A DNA stretch of 51,855 nt, the filler included, from Dimargaris cristalligena (lineage: Eukaryota), in assembly GCA_003614675.1 (NCBI GenBank). It is 2 parts of 2 records of this genome, joined end to end, with 100 filler letters (N's around TTAATTAATTAA, not from the genome) between each part and the next. Parts side by side here need not be neighbours in the genome. Positions count along the whole stretch, not along the records: positions 1 to 25,895 come from ML002552.1; 1 more part is not named here. One strand, 5' to 3'. Positions 11,254 through 25,251 of the stretch are shown one piece after another (positions within the stretch are counted from its first letter, which is position 1; the number at the start of each line of letters is the position of its first letter). Under the pieces are notes generated by a model, which was not told the origin of the DNA, did no database searches, and was given only the letters and a program-made list of their open reading frames with translations. Made by a program: the position numbers and the translations under genes.

Positions 11254-12682
11254 GGTGAGTTTACGGGAGAAGAGAACGACAATATGGGAGGAACTGGGCA
11301 CAAACAAGCCTTGCTTGGGGGTATAGTAAGAGGGAAAGGCTATTGCTTATAAAGAAGCGGGGTGTGACGAAGAACAGAGGGAAGTAAGGAGGAGTGGGGG
11401 GGACAAGTAATAGCTGATGGCGAAAAAGTCGCAGGTGGTATGTCAAGGTAAAAGAGGGGGGGAAGGGAGCCACACGAGTCAAGTAGTGATGGCGAAATTA
11501 AGGGGGTCCTATGGGATGGGGAAGCACACACACAGCACAGAGCAAAGGTACCTTTGTGGTCACGGACCGCGCGGATTTACCTTGTTCGGCGCGAAAATCC
11601 CCGCCTCTTGGTTGGGGAGGTCCCGGCCGTGATTAACATTCGGCAGAGAAGCTGCGCTCGTCGGTCCAAGTGATGCACCCCGCCTTGGCAAAGCAGGTTC
11701 ATGCTAATAAGCCATTCGAACCGTAACCCCCTTTTCTACCAATATTCTGGCTGACCTCCCCCCCATAACCCTCCTCCCAATAGTCTCCAAGGCACAGCTG
11801 AAGGGCAGAAGGGGGCGAAGTATATTGCCAGGAACGCTTGGCGCGCGGTTTGGGTTCAAATGTCGGCTGTTTATTCACTGTGCAGGATGCCAGGGGCACG
11901 GTTCACACCATACCTTCCGTATGTCCTGAAGACCACGTGAAAGCCAAGGACCACTCTACTATGGCCATATCGATCTGATTATAGATGTAGGTTATTCGCC
12001 ACGATGCCAAAATACCATCTAAAAATAGAGCTTCCAGTGCCGATAGAAATAGCTTGGGGTACCTTCTCCATCAGCCAGCCTAGGGTCTAGGTAAACTATA
12101 TAGGACCCACCCCCTGTAATTAGCCCGTAGTGTTCAGCTGCCATACAGGTCCCAGCTACCGGCCCGGGATGGTGCCGCACCTAGGCTGAACTTTGTAGCA
12201 GTCGAATCCCAATCGGAGTTGCGGCAGTCCGGCCATTATGTAATAGTGCAGGACATACGGGGGGAGGTGTATCTATGTATGACTGGACTAGTCGAACCAA
12301 GAACTAGTCTATTCGACCCCCTGGCCCCTGAATAGCCAAGTACAGAGTCCCAGGTCCTTGGCACTATAATAAACCATGGTTATCCCTAAAGCGACTGGTG
12401 TTGAAATTGATTATGCTTTTTTTATCGGCTCTATGGGGACATGGCCATCTCGCTAAAAATAGCCACAGGCAGACTGGGCCTCTCCGAGAGGGTATATATC
12501 GCGCATGACGGAATACAGTGGGGTTTTGGTCAGCTTGGTAGACTAGTCTCATAGCATTGGTCCCTGTAATCGGCTATCCGGGGTGCACTGTGTGGGAGGA
12601 TTGTAGGGCTGCACAGTATTCGTGAGATGCATGTAGAAAACTTTCAGAATGATGTGCGCCACGCAGCACCCATCTACTCTAC

Positions 12683-12709
12683 ATATATATATATATATAT
12701 ATATATATA
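12683..12709. repeat. (AT)n microsatellite
   Basis: About 13 AT units seen directly in intergenic DNA. Confidence 0.95.
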
Positions 12710-13795
12710 CGATGGAAATAGTAGATAAATGGCAAAGGCCGACCACATAGTCGGCTGGAAAACGTAATTATTATAGTGGCGTAACCGATTCCCATCCCCG
12801 TATGTGAAGGGCCGAGTCTGACTATAGGACAAAATACCCCATTTGCTATCGAGGGTAATACAGGCAAATAAGATATGGGTGAACTTCAACCCAACTGTAT
12901 AAGATTTGACACAATATATGTATGGGAGAATAACTTATGACCAGTAATATTTACCTCATCAAATGGATTTATTGTTATACAGCCTAGATGAGTTTCTGTC
13001 ATATCGCCTGGCTATTTTTGTATTGTATTCCGAATAGTTGAACAATTGTCGATTTATTTAGTAGCAAGGTACCTGTAATGGGCAAAGAAGGAGGAGCCCA
13101 GTAGTAGCAATCAATTGAATGCTAGTAATACCGTGTGGTGGTTGGCATATTTAATGAATACTACTTGAATCGATGTGTGGGGGGGCATCTCATAACTTTA
13201 ATGCGACAGTTCTTGGGCGTAAATAATACTTATTAGTATTTTCGATAGGGATAACCCCCCCCCTCCGTTGAAATCATAGGTTAAGTCCCTGTGGCCATTT
13301 ATTGATTATTGTTGGCGACTACTGTATTTGTATATGGTAAAGGGTTGCTGCTATAGTGAGCACTGGCAAGTCAACCATTTAGTATCATTCTTCTAGTTAA
13401 CCCTATTGACACTGTTGGAATTGGTTCTCCCCTATTGGGTAAAAGTCACATGACTTTTCCAGTGCTAACATAAAAATTCTACTAGTATAGTATGTATGTG
13501 TGGTGTGTATGGATCAAGGATGGCGGTGATGGGTGGAAAATTGAATGGGACTTAAATCCTTACGCTTTACCAAAAAATGTATAGAATATATACTATAAAT
13601 GATAAATGGTAAAAAAAAAAGCAAAAAATAATCGGTGTCGTCCAGCTAGTAGCAAACCACCCGACTTAAGCCAGTTTGCCCTATTTCCTTTCACTGAACT
13701 GATTCGCTTACTCTACGCCTGACTTTTATTTCTTGATTGGTTTTATCTTCGACACTATATTTGACCCTTTAAGTGGGATTCGTAGATTCTGAAAT

Positions 13796-16700
13796 ATGGT
13801 AAGTTTCCGCGGGCTATTGCATTGCTAGAGTAGGCCGAGAAAGCGGGGCATTCGCTGACCTCCATGGCCTCATTTCGTATATAACCCACCAATTTGTAAC
13901 CCAACGTTGCTAACAACCTTATCCCTCCCGCATTGGCTCTTATGCTTCCCCACTCCCCGATACTGCATTCCCCACCTCACAGTCCAAGGCTTTTGATCGT
14001 TCCAAGCGCACCAGGGCCTTTGACACACCAGCCGGGCCCCCAAAGAAGGCCCGCAATGGTCCGGAGGGTATGTCTAATAAAGAGTCTCGCAAGGCCGTGT
14101 TGACCCTCAAAAAGAAAAGCCGGACAACCCTGGTCGACGCCGAAGGGAACTCGATTTATGACCAAAAGGCCGTCCAGCTATCGCGCGTGGATAAAACAAC
14201 CGTCCAGGAAGGCGGCCTTATTCTAGCTACCGTATGGGATCTCGATGGTTCTGACCTAGTTATGGATCTGCCCAATGGTCTCGTCGGGCGCGTTCCGGCC
14301 AAGGAACTGCCCGACGGCCTCCTCGATTTAGTCGAAACCTACACCAGACGAGGCGTGCCGTTCCAAGAGGCGTTGTTTGCCTTTTTGCGCCCCCTGCGGC
14401 ATTACATGTGCCGCGTTACCAAGGGCGCCAAGAAATTCTTCTCCCGCGCGCCTCCGGCCAAGTGGGGGTCGAACGTGAATGTTCGGTCTACTAACGAGCC
14501 CGTGGTATTTCTTACCATGAAATTAGGCGATGTGAACCAAGACTTGACCATGGCCCATTTGACGTCGGGCATTCCCGTCTGGGGCGTGATCAAGTCTGTC
14601 GATGACGAGGAGTATAGCGTGGACCTGGGCCTAGATCAGCTCGGGACCTTGCGCTTCCAGGAGGCCAAATCCATTCCGGCGCCCAACCTACCGACATTCT
14701 CATCCGCGGCGGAGTCCTCGCCGGCCTTGCTACCCGTAGGCATGCCGGTCCAGCTTGTGGTCAAGCACGCTCTTCCGGAGCGCCAGATGCTCATCCTCGG
14801 GGCTCCACCAACCCCGGACACTCCCGTCTGCATACCCGCCCGCCCCGATTTGCATATCCAGGGCCTCCAGCCCGGGGCCGTCGTCAAGGCCCAAATTACC
14901 CGCACCCTACCCGATGGTCTGATGTGCAGCGTGTTCGGCCTGTTCCCCGCTATCATTTACTGGGCCGATATTGCGGTCCGGGAGCGTTGTGACAATGACT
15001 TTGTGGAACTGACCTTCCAAGTGGGCCAAGAAATTACGGCGGCCGTTTTCTACCGCCGGCTGACCACCAACGGCAACGACTTGTATTTATCGATGCTATC
15101 CCAATTCGTGACCGGCGAAACTCCCCCACATCTCCAGTGTATACCAAACGAAGATGCAAAGACCAACTTGCCGACCCAACTGCAATTCTATGCTTTGCAG
15201 CCCAAGTATGTCATTGGTACGGTCCAACGGATTCCCAATGGCTTCGGACTTCTTTACGGCACCAGCCCCCATTACCCCGGCGCTATTTGTTCCTTTGCCA
15301 TCGGCCCCGAAGTACCCCGCCCGGCCCAGAATCTGCCCTTTGTCGACTGGGTCGAACGCGGCAGCCAGTGGATGGGGGTTCCCGTTTTTACCGACGCCTA
15401 CAGCGGCATGGTACATATTCAAATATTGCACCGCGCCACGCCGAACCATTTGCAGGCCTCGGCCGCTAACTTACCCCCCTTCCAAATCCCCACGCTGTTC
15501 AATTCAAACCGGTTGGCAAAAGTACTCCGCCAATACTACAGGTTAGATAGACTCTACCAATCCGATCACGACAAGGCAAGTTTCCCCCCGGTCAGCATCG
15601 GCCGGTTTTCCGCCTATTTCGCCCAATTGTTGACCACGGTCAGCTGCGCTAAACCCAACCCAGACGCAGCCTCGGACTCGGACTCAAACCAACACCATCT
15701 GAGCTACGTGACCGAAGTTCCGCTCCAAATGGCCGTGGGCGATCAAATCCCGGTCAAGGTGGTGCAGCGCACCCCCTGGCATGGCTTGGTCGTCGAAGCC
15801 AGTTCATCTACCCATCCCTGGGTTCGTGCCCGCTTCTACCTTGCGGCCCCCCACGTTGTGCATGCCAGCCGTTCCGATACCCTGTTACCCGCTGACCAGA
15901 CCCTCGTCTGGGTGTGGAAATTGAACCTGGCGACCTCCCAGCGCGATGGGTTGGACATCAATCCTTCGGAAATCACAGCCTTGCAGATAATGCCCGTGAT
16001 TGTGACCCAGCACTCCGAGTTGTTTGGATCCCTGGAAACCAATGGCGCTTCTTCCCCCACCGAGGTACCCCGCACTGTATCATCCTACTCCCCCGGCCAG
16101 TCCGTCGTCGGTCTGGTCACCGATGTCAGCACCGAAGGAGTCCGAGTGACCTTGGCTAATGAAATTATTGGGTTTGCCCCGCTCGACAACCTGCCCAAAG
16201 GGTCCGGCGATTCGGCTCTAGAATCCCAGGGGAGCACTAAGGTGGGAGGAAAGTCAGGTGGCAAAGCCATCCCCGTTGTCCCTTCCAATTATCCGATCGG
16301 TTACGTGGTTCGGGGCCGTGTGGTCAGCCACGAAGCAGATCAGAATCAGGTGATCCTCTCCCTCGAGCGGCCCACCGCCACCCCTGTCACTACCACTATC
16401 GCCGGGGCTTCGGCGTTCCGTTCCACTCCCGTCCAAGCCCCTCTAGACCCGGCCGTTTATCCCCCGAACAAGCTCGTCTCGGCCGTCGTGACCGGCCTGA
16501 CCGCGGAAGGGTTCCATGTGGCGATCGGGCCTGAATGTACCCCCGGTTGGCTTCCCAAATCCCTCGTGTCCCACACCATTGACCCGGCCCGGTCCATCGT
16601 GTGCGACCTCATCCAATTGGGGCATACTTTTGCGGAGTGCGTCCAGTGTGGTCTCACCCCCCTCCGGGACGCCGTGGTTCTCACAACCAACCCCCTATTC

Positions 16701-19700
16701 ATTAACCTGGCTCGGCGGTCAGCCGATTTGCCATCGGCGGCCGAGTTAAAGGAGGGGCCCTTTTACGTGGGGGTGGTGGCTGAAATTAAGGACGATCACC
16801 TCGTGGTGCGGGGGGCCAACCCTGCTTCGACCATCAGTATTGCCCGGGCCAATATTGCCACGATCCCTGCCAGCGAGACCAGCTGCGAATTGAGCAGATT
16901 CTTCCAATTAAATCAGATCATTATCTTTACCGGCAAGTCTCAAACGGGCTCGTCCGACCACATCATTGAGCCGGTTGTGCCGCTCGTGGCTACTGGCGAA
17001 GGCAACACCGCCACCACCACCTCCGATCCCCTACTGAGGAGCCTGAAGGCCCACTCGTACGGTCTTACTCTCGCGCGGGCCCTCGATTCGAACCAAGAGA
17101 CCCGCCGGGCCCATGTTCACTTGGTGGGCCAGGTCATTTTGACCCGAGTCATATCCCAGGTGGGTTCCGCCCTTGTGCTGAGCCCCGACCGGTCCAGCGA
17201 AGATGGCCAAGTTTATCTAGGCCCGAAAGAATGGGTGGTGTCGGCGATATCCCAAAAGGTATTCCGTCCCCGAACGCTCTTAACCGCGCGTATTCGGTTC
17301 ATTGATCCGGTCGAGCGTAGGGTATTGGTGGATATATCCAAAGAGAGTACCAAAACCGACGGGGGGGCCACGTACTTCCACCAATTATGGGAAAAGTCCG
17401 AGACGCAGCGCCTCTGGGAGCCCACACCAAAGCAGAAGCAGAAGCAGCCGCAGCAGCAAAAGAATCCGATCGATGAGCAGCTCCACCGCCTGTTCGAGAA
17501 CCAACAGACGACCCGGGCCGTCATTCGCTATGTGGACCGGTCGAGTCGCCTCCTGGTGGTATCGTTGTTGGGGGGTTTGGGCTCGGGTTTAGAAGCCCAG
17601 TCCGTGTATGTGCCCATGCATGATTTCAACCGGTACGCGCCCCCGGAGTTGCTCAAGTTCACGATTGGGCACCCCGTCACCATTAAAATCGTAGCCGTGC
17701 CGTCGAAGTCCCGACCCGTCAATTACCGTTTCGTCGGTCAATTAGAGGCTAATTCGGTGGCGGTGGCCTTGGGCCAGGCGAGCGGCGAACAACCCCTGCC
17801 CGAACCCTCGGTTTCGCAAACGGATCAGATGGTGGGTATGCCAGAGCCGAAGGCCCCAACCCCGGCGGACAAGCAGCCAAAAGCAAGGACTCCAACCCCG
17901 GCCGACAAGCAAGAAGCGAAGGCCTTGACCGCGGCGGACCCAGCCCCAGCCTCTTCAGCTACTATTCCCCAGGGACCCCCTTCTGCCCTACCTGATTTAC
18001 AGGAGGCGGATCTAGTCATTGGCCAGATCTACCAAGTGACGGTGAACGTCATGGAACGTAAACAGTTGACCGTGTCCATTGGCCCGTTCGTGCGGGGTGT
18101 GATCATGTCCTACCATACCACCGATCTGTTACACAACTTGCCCCAAACGATGCCTGAGCAAATCGCCCAGGCCGCCGCCAACTCGGCCTTGGCCTCCGCG
18201 GCCTCTCCTTCGGAGGGCCCCGGCACTTACGGTACGGGGGCCTCTGGTCCGACCACGACCGTGGCGCCCCACCTCAAATCCCCCCTGCGCGATTTCAAAC
18301 CCAAAACGGTGATTTCCGCTAAACTCATGGGGGTTTTCGATAACCACCGGAATCAGAATTCTTTGGCGATTAGCCACCGCGACGGAGCGGGTCGACGAAC
18401 TATCTACAACTTCTCTATTCGCCCCTCCGACTTGGCCGACTCGACCGCCCCAGCGGCGGTGCCCTCCTCCGTCGGGGATATCACCTCGCAAAAGGTTGGT
18501 GATTTAGTCGTTGGTATGGTTTCCACCGATGCCGATTTGAACGTCGAGTTCGGACCCGGTAACCAGGTGAATCTGACCAACTACCGCTTCGATAGTCTGG
18601 GCGCGATTCAGATTCCAGTTGATACTGCTGATGCATCGGCCGCTGCTGCTGCTCCGAGTGATACTAAGACCAAGGGCAAGGCCGGCGGAGGAAAAGGTAA
18701 GAACACCATGGTGCTGGGGTCCAACGTCGTTTGTTTAGTGCGGGATCTGGTTCCCGTGAACGTCCCCAAGCGTAACCGCCGTACCGCTAGGAAGAGTGCC
18801 CCCAAGCCTGCGGACTCGGGAGTGGTGGCACTGGACGTCAGCGACGACAATGCCGCAGCGGTGGAGGAGGAGCCTGTCGACCCCCGTTTGGTGCCGGACT
18901 ACGCCCCGGCCTTCACCCAGGGTAATCTCGTCTCCCCCTTCCTGACCCGCGTCCCCGCCGGTGTTCATCTGGAGGGCCTGATCGTCGCCAAGAATCTGCT
19001 CAGTCTGGCGATCCAACTCAAAGGACCCGCCGCCCGGGAATACGGTGTGGAAGGCCAGATTGTCAGTGTGCACAGCACCGAAAGCCGTAGCAACATCGAA
19101 GCCTCGCCTTTCCGAACCCTGTATGTGCGCAACATGTTGGAAGTCGTTACCTTCACCAGTGCGGTGGATCCCCAATTGTGTGAGGTATCCACGCGTCCCT
19201 CCCGCCTGGCCTCTGCCGACGGTAAAGCGAACGATTTCCCTACTGATGGGTCATCCGACATGGCCGAGGGAACTTTGGCGTACGGCTACGTCCTGGATAC
19301 CACGGCTCACTATATCTACATTGCCCTGAGTCCGCAGATCCAGGCCCGATTCGCCATTGCGGATTCCAGCGAGCCCCGCCATTATAACGCCAAATTCTAC
19401 CGCCGCGGCTGTGTGGTGGCCGTTCTGACCGGTCCCCGCCTGGGATCTAGCCTAACCTACCAGGTCAACGAACTACGCCGGGTCGAGATATTCTCCGATT
19501 TCATCAAGAATGGCTTTGTGCTCCACGGTGAGGTGAGCAAGATCGACCGGGAAGCCAGCCCCAACACTGACGGTACCGACCAGGACGCCGCTACGGAAGG
19601 CACGATCACTGATGTACATATTCGCTTCCACCACTCTGTCATGAAAGGTGTGAGTCCGGTTCAGAAATGCCCCATCGGGGGGAAATCTACCGCTGGCAAA

Positions 19701-21188
19701 CGCCAGGTTCTCAAACCGGGTATGTTCGTGCGGGCCCGTATCGAGGCCCGGGAGACTAAGCCGCATAAACGGTTGATCGTTAGCATCATGTCTACCCACT
19801 CCAAGCCGCTGAACCATAGGTTCCTGTTCGAACAAAACCGGGAGACTGCGGCAGCGAAGCCGGCCGCCACCGCCGCCGGAACGAAGACCTCGAAGGTCAT
19901 CAGTAAGCCCCGGTCGGATAAGAACGACGCCAGTAGTGACAATGAGGATGAGGTGGCGAAGGCTACCCCAACTCCTGTTGCCAGTGCGAAGTCTGCCCCG
20001 GTCCGTCCCGCGGCCCCCATCCGGAATGTGCCCACCGTGGTCAAAACAAAGCCCCTATCCGTTAAGAACGGTTTCACGTGGAGTGATGCCGAGTCTTCGG
20101 ACGATGAAATGGCCGACGCCCACCAATCCGCCGAGGAGCAATCGGAAGACGGGGCTACTGAAGCCAGCGATAACGACGACGATGACGATGGCGAGGCTGG
20201 GGATACGGCTATGGCCTGTGCCAGTCCCCCCAGAGCCACTTTCATGGATGAGGATGCTAGCGAGACTGATTCGGACAGTGAGGAGGCCGAAGCCGAGGTC
20301 GCCGCCTCGCAGCCGGCGTCTGTTTCCACGGCCACCGCCGCTAACGACGACCTTCCGGTTCCGGATATCACGGCCGAGTTAGATGGTAAAGCTCCGGCCG
20401 TCTCGGAGGACTTCGAGCGTCTCCTGCTCAGCTCTCCTGACTCCTCCTACCTGTGGATCAACTATATGGCCTTCCACCTCAAACTCTTCGAAGTCAGCAA
20501 AGCCCGCGGCATTGCCGAACGGGCCCTCAAGTCCATTAGTTTCCGCGAAAACCAGGAGAAGTTTAACATGTGGGTGGCCCTGCTCAATCTGGAGAACCAA
20601 TTCGGGTCCCAGGCCGAGATGGACCTGGTTATTAACCGGGCGCTCCGGGTCAACGACCCCAAGGCGATCCTGATCCAACTGACGGGCATCTACGAACGGG
20701 CCCATAAATACGCCGCTTGCCAGGAGACCTACGAGCGTTTGCTGCGGGATTTCCGCGCCAGCTGTAAGGTCTGGACGCTCTACGGAGCCTACTGCATCCG
20801 GCGCCGCAATTTGGCCAAGGCCCGCGAATTACTCCAATCGTGTATCGACGCCCTCCCCAAGCGCAAACACGTGAAGGCTATTTCCCGGTTTGGTATCCTG
20901 GAATTCAAGGAAGGCGACGTGGAGCGGGGTCGCACGATTTTCGAAGGTATCATGGCGAATTACCCCAAACGTACCGACCTGTGGTCCGTCTATATTGACA
21001 TGGAAACTAAGGGCGAGCATGTACTGAAGGCCCGCAATCTGTTCCGGCGCGTCACTACCCTGCCCCTCCCCTCGCGTACGATGAAATTCTTCTTCAAAAA
21101 GTGGCTAATGTTTGAAAAGGCCCACGGGGATGAAGATACGGTGGAAGAGGTCAAACAGGTGGCCCTCAATTACGTCGAATCCCGGTAA
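13796..21188 (+). CDS. RRP5: rRNA biogenesis protein Rrp5 (S1 repeats + C-terminal HAT/TPR); exons 13796-13798 (ATG only) and 13983-21188, about 2402 aa
   Basis: C-terminus is diagnostic: DFERLLLSSPDSSYLWINYMAFHL...ARGIAERALKSISFRENQEKFNMWVALLNLEN...GDVERGRTIFEG...PKRTDLWSVYIDME...MKFFFKKWL. Several S1-like beta-rich repeats lie upstream. ATG|GTAAGT at 13796, branch GCTAAC at 13909, acceptor CAG ending 13982, in frame with the 14070 ORF. Confidence 0.93.
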
Positions 21189-24100
21189 TTTTAGGGCGAG
21201 TAATGGGCGGCCACTCACGCATAGCCACTGTTCTCTTTAATTATTACAATATATATAGACCTATTTTTGGATTTTGGATTTTACATTAAAATTAGTTATA
21301 TGCGCTTTACTTATTTATTTCACCTATTCTATATTCAGTTCGTTAGACGAACCCATTTGGATTTTTAACCGTCCACCATATATTGTTTCCCAAACCTTAA
21401 TTTGCAATAAAAGTATCACCAGCTTTGCTTAATAATGAAGATAATTAAATTCGATTCCTTTTGGGTCTCAGTTTCTGGGGGCTACCCTTTTTGTTAATAC
21501 CGGGAAGGGTTTAATAAATCTTTTAATCCGTTGGTTTGATGTCCTAGTTCTATAGTCATCGGCAAATGGTGAATTGCTGGGCACTCGGCAGAGATGCCGG
21601 GAACTACGTTTCTCAGATCATCCCAGGCTGTGGAGTTTCCGGGGGTCATTACTAAATAATTTATCGTTGTGGCCCAAGGTTCACTGATGAGTCCAAAATC
21701 TTGGTCTTATCCGTAAGATTACTCATCCTGTGATTTTGGTAAAATGTGTTTCTTGAGTTGAAATTTACAACCAAGGGTCTACTCTCACTCAAAATATTTT
21801 TACATTTGTACAGAAAGATTCACCCGTGGTTAGATCTACTACAAAACCTGCCTCCCCTAATCTCAAAAACACCGCATTTACTACAGCTTGGAACCAACCC
21901 CACCTACGGTTAGCTGTATGGCGTTTTACACCTTTGTGATTACCTAGATCATGCATTTAAGACACCCATTGTTGCCAGTTGAAGTGAATAATTGTTACTA
22001 GCCACCACAACTTGTCCCATCCCATCTGTATTTCCTTTCTCTTCCACCCGCCCGCATTTGTAATGAACGTATATTTAGAATCCACTATTACTTTAACATC
22101 ACTGCTAGGCTTGAACGGAATGGGTAACCCTTAGAAAGATATATAATTGTTGCTGGCAATAAGAATGTACTGGTGGGTTCAAAAACTAATATTATAATTA
22201 AGATTCCAAAGGTAGGGTAGTCAATTGATTGTTTCACAGTGCTTTACAGACAGAAATGCTAACATTTCAGAAAAACACCAAAATAGAGCATGGCCAACCA
22301 GTAGTAAGTTATAATGTTTAATATGTCCTAGGTTGTTGATATAAAAGTGCCCAGTCGGATATTAGTAGCTACTGGCAGAAATTAAAAAACATAGTCATTG
22401 GGTAAAGACACGAGGAGAAAAGCCGAAGCAAACATTCGTTTTGAATTGAGGAATAGGTTATCGAAATTTATTAAAACTACACTGGTCCCGCTCCACTGAT
22501 CCTAATTCCTTGGTTTAATTATCCTAGAATTGGGAAATCAATTAATATTGTCCAGTTTTCTTATCTAAACCAGCAATATCAACCACAGGCATCTAGCAAT
22601 GCTATTCGCGGTTCTTTCTTTCTTTTATCATCGTTTTGAGTTACTTAAGGAAGACATTGACTTTACTCTTCGATTTATAATCCCAACACTATGTGTTACC
22701 ATTATCCTGTTTCATCAATAGGGTTTGGGGTTCTAGTCAACGAAGTAATACCTCCCTTTGACCATTCCCATCTCCCTCTTCGCATATCTTCTATATTTAT
22801 TCACTAGCCCGTCATCAATATACAGATATCTTTCTATTGCCTGGCAGTGTTCTCCAGTATTCTCTTGTTGGTTTTACACCAATACCCTTAGCCTATTCGG
22901 CTATATAAAACCAAGCCAATTCCTAGAGTTTTCCTATTGTAAATACGGCATTTTCACTGCTCCTTTTACTAGTTAACATGCCCTAACATCCGATATCCAC
23001 CGTAATTGGTATCAATAAAGAGCCATTCACAGCCTAATTTTGACTGTCATCTGAGTTTCCTTTCCTAAGTGCAGATATTCAAGTTTTTACTATTATCTTA
23101 CTCTACGGCATCTAGGATAGCAGCAGGCGAATCTAGTTTACCATTGTACGGGTTTACCTAAACTATTAGAGTGTCTTTTACAACGCGATTTCATGTTTCA
23201 ACTGGGAAACCTGGGATTAAGCCTATTGCACCCGTGGGCTATATCCACGCCATCTCAACTCTGTCAGTAGTTCTTGTTAAAAAGAAAAACACGCCACCAA
23301 TTTTCTACGTTTATGTCATCCTTCTCATTACCGATGGTGTCGCATTCATTTTGTTATGCCGAGGAGGTAATGTCTCGGATGGCTGATAATATTAGGGCAT
23401 ATCCGCCGTGGGTGGCACTTTCCGTTAATATGCCCACAGCTTTCCTGCTTTTACCAAACCAATGTTTAGACATCAAATCCAGTCTATTCGATTCAAGGCA
23501 GTATCCTGTCATCATTCATTTATTTGACCAAATTCCAACCCTTATTAGCTGAATTCGGAGTTGTTAGACATCGAAGTTGTGATAGGGCGGGGGTTCAGTC
23601 ATAATGTTTGGGCCGACAAAGGAGCCATACGAATAGTACCAAAATGCTAGCTCCACTGTATATATTTTGGATTTAAAAGAAGGACTCTGGTAGTACAAGC
23701 GCCTCAGAGAGGGAGATAACTGAACGATTCAAGCCCATCTTTTAACTATACCCCCAATGGCGGGTGGCTTAACAACTGCCCGATAGTAGATTGAGGTTTA
23801 TGTTGGGACATGGGGAACCTCTATGCCTCCATGATGAAAGCTGTTTTGCTGGGCGGGGTAGCTGATACAAAGCAGCAAGGCCTATCTTATTCCCGTTCTC
23901 TCACATCTTCTATCTTTCTCTCTCCCGTGGGGCTAAACAAAGCAGCACCGGGCTATAGATTCCCCCTTTTTGGTTGAACATGGCCTGTAGGATCCTCAAT
24001 AGTCGGTATTTCGGGTCTGTTTCACGTTTCTCTAGGGGTTGTCAGAACATGGCTATAGTCTCATATTGGGGGAGGGGGGCAGCACACCCCATAGGCAACT

Positions 24101-25251
24101 CTCTCTTCTCCTATCACCATTTATACAATATTTCGAATATCGTCCCGGATAAATGAATACCCTAGACTTTAAATAGTGCGTGGTTAGGATTAGAGGGCAG
24201 AATAAAGACATCGGCAGGGGTGTAAATTATGTATATGCTTTATTAAATTATCAAAACAACGATTTAACAAAGTGTTGTGTAAATCAGGATTGGCATTTTG
24301 TCTTTTAGGATGTTTCCTATCTCGCCAGCCTCCTGATCCCCCCTTTTCTAATCCCACTCCGACTTCGCTTCTCTTTTGCTTCCCGTTTGCGCTTCTTCCC
24401 TCCGTTTTCCCTCCCTTGCCCAACTACAATCACCCCGATGACCAAACCCTCTTTTACAGACCCAGAACTATGTATACTTTCTTGCTTTTCAAATAGCATC
24501 CCCCAGTCCTCTACATCCACGATCTTCCTTTGTAGGGCTAATCGACTGTATCTATATACTACACAACAGCTCTAGGGTAGGTCTAGCCTACACCACGCGA
24601 GTACCAACTAGGGTATATTGACCAAACACGAGTAGTGCAATGTTGATCTGAAAAAATGACGCTGTAGGTCGCTTGCTATGAAATAAGTTGGCTATAGGAC
24701 TAGAGGCGCAGGCTTGGTGGAAAAATGTCGGGGCTTAAAACATCTGCCGATGTAGCTCTCAATATTAATTTATTGGCAGCCCGTGTCTGCCTGCTGATCA
24801 ATTTCCCCCTATCCATCTCGGCCTTCTCCATCATACCCTAAATACCCCCCTGCACATTTTACTTGGTGGCTATTTTATTCAGGCATTGGTGTGGATTATT
24901 CCGCCTCAGTGATTCCGTATAAATATTCTGTCCTTCGGCCGGTGTAGGAGAGTCTACCATTGCATTACATATATTTCTACTTTACACTAACCCTCCATCC
25001 ATGCATTAATACAATAAGTGCTCCCCATTGCTTCCGGTAAGCTCTTCACTAAGACTTTATCGATTATGGTCTTTTCAGACTTGTTGGTATGGCCAAGTTA
25101 TCGGTTTAGAGGAGGTATATTTGTTAATTTTTATCCGACTAACTATGTATGCTTAATCCCATCCTCCATTCAATTCTGTACCTGCCAATGATATGTAGTG
25201 CATTTTTGACTTAGTTGCCTTTCCCTATCCCCGTACCAACCCTCTGGTTTT

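Noticed and set aside
12549..12889. Minus-strand ORFs with signal-like starts (TTG-KFTHILFAC, MWSAFAIYLL) running into YIYIYI
   Set aside because: Products of the (AT)n microsatellite with non-ATG or very short frames; a decayed gene cannot be supported.
14402..21020. Many short antisense or alternative-frame ORFs inside RRP5
   Set aside because: Expected in GC-rich coding DNA; no motifs or independent signals.
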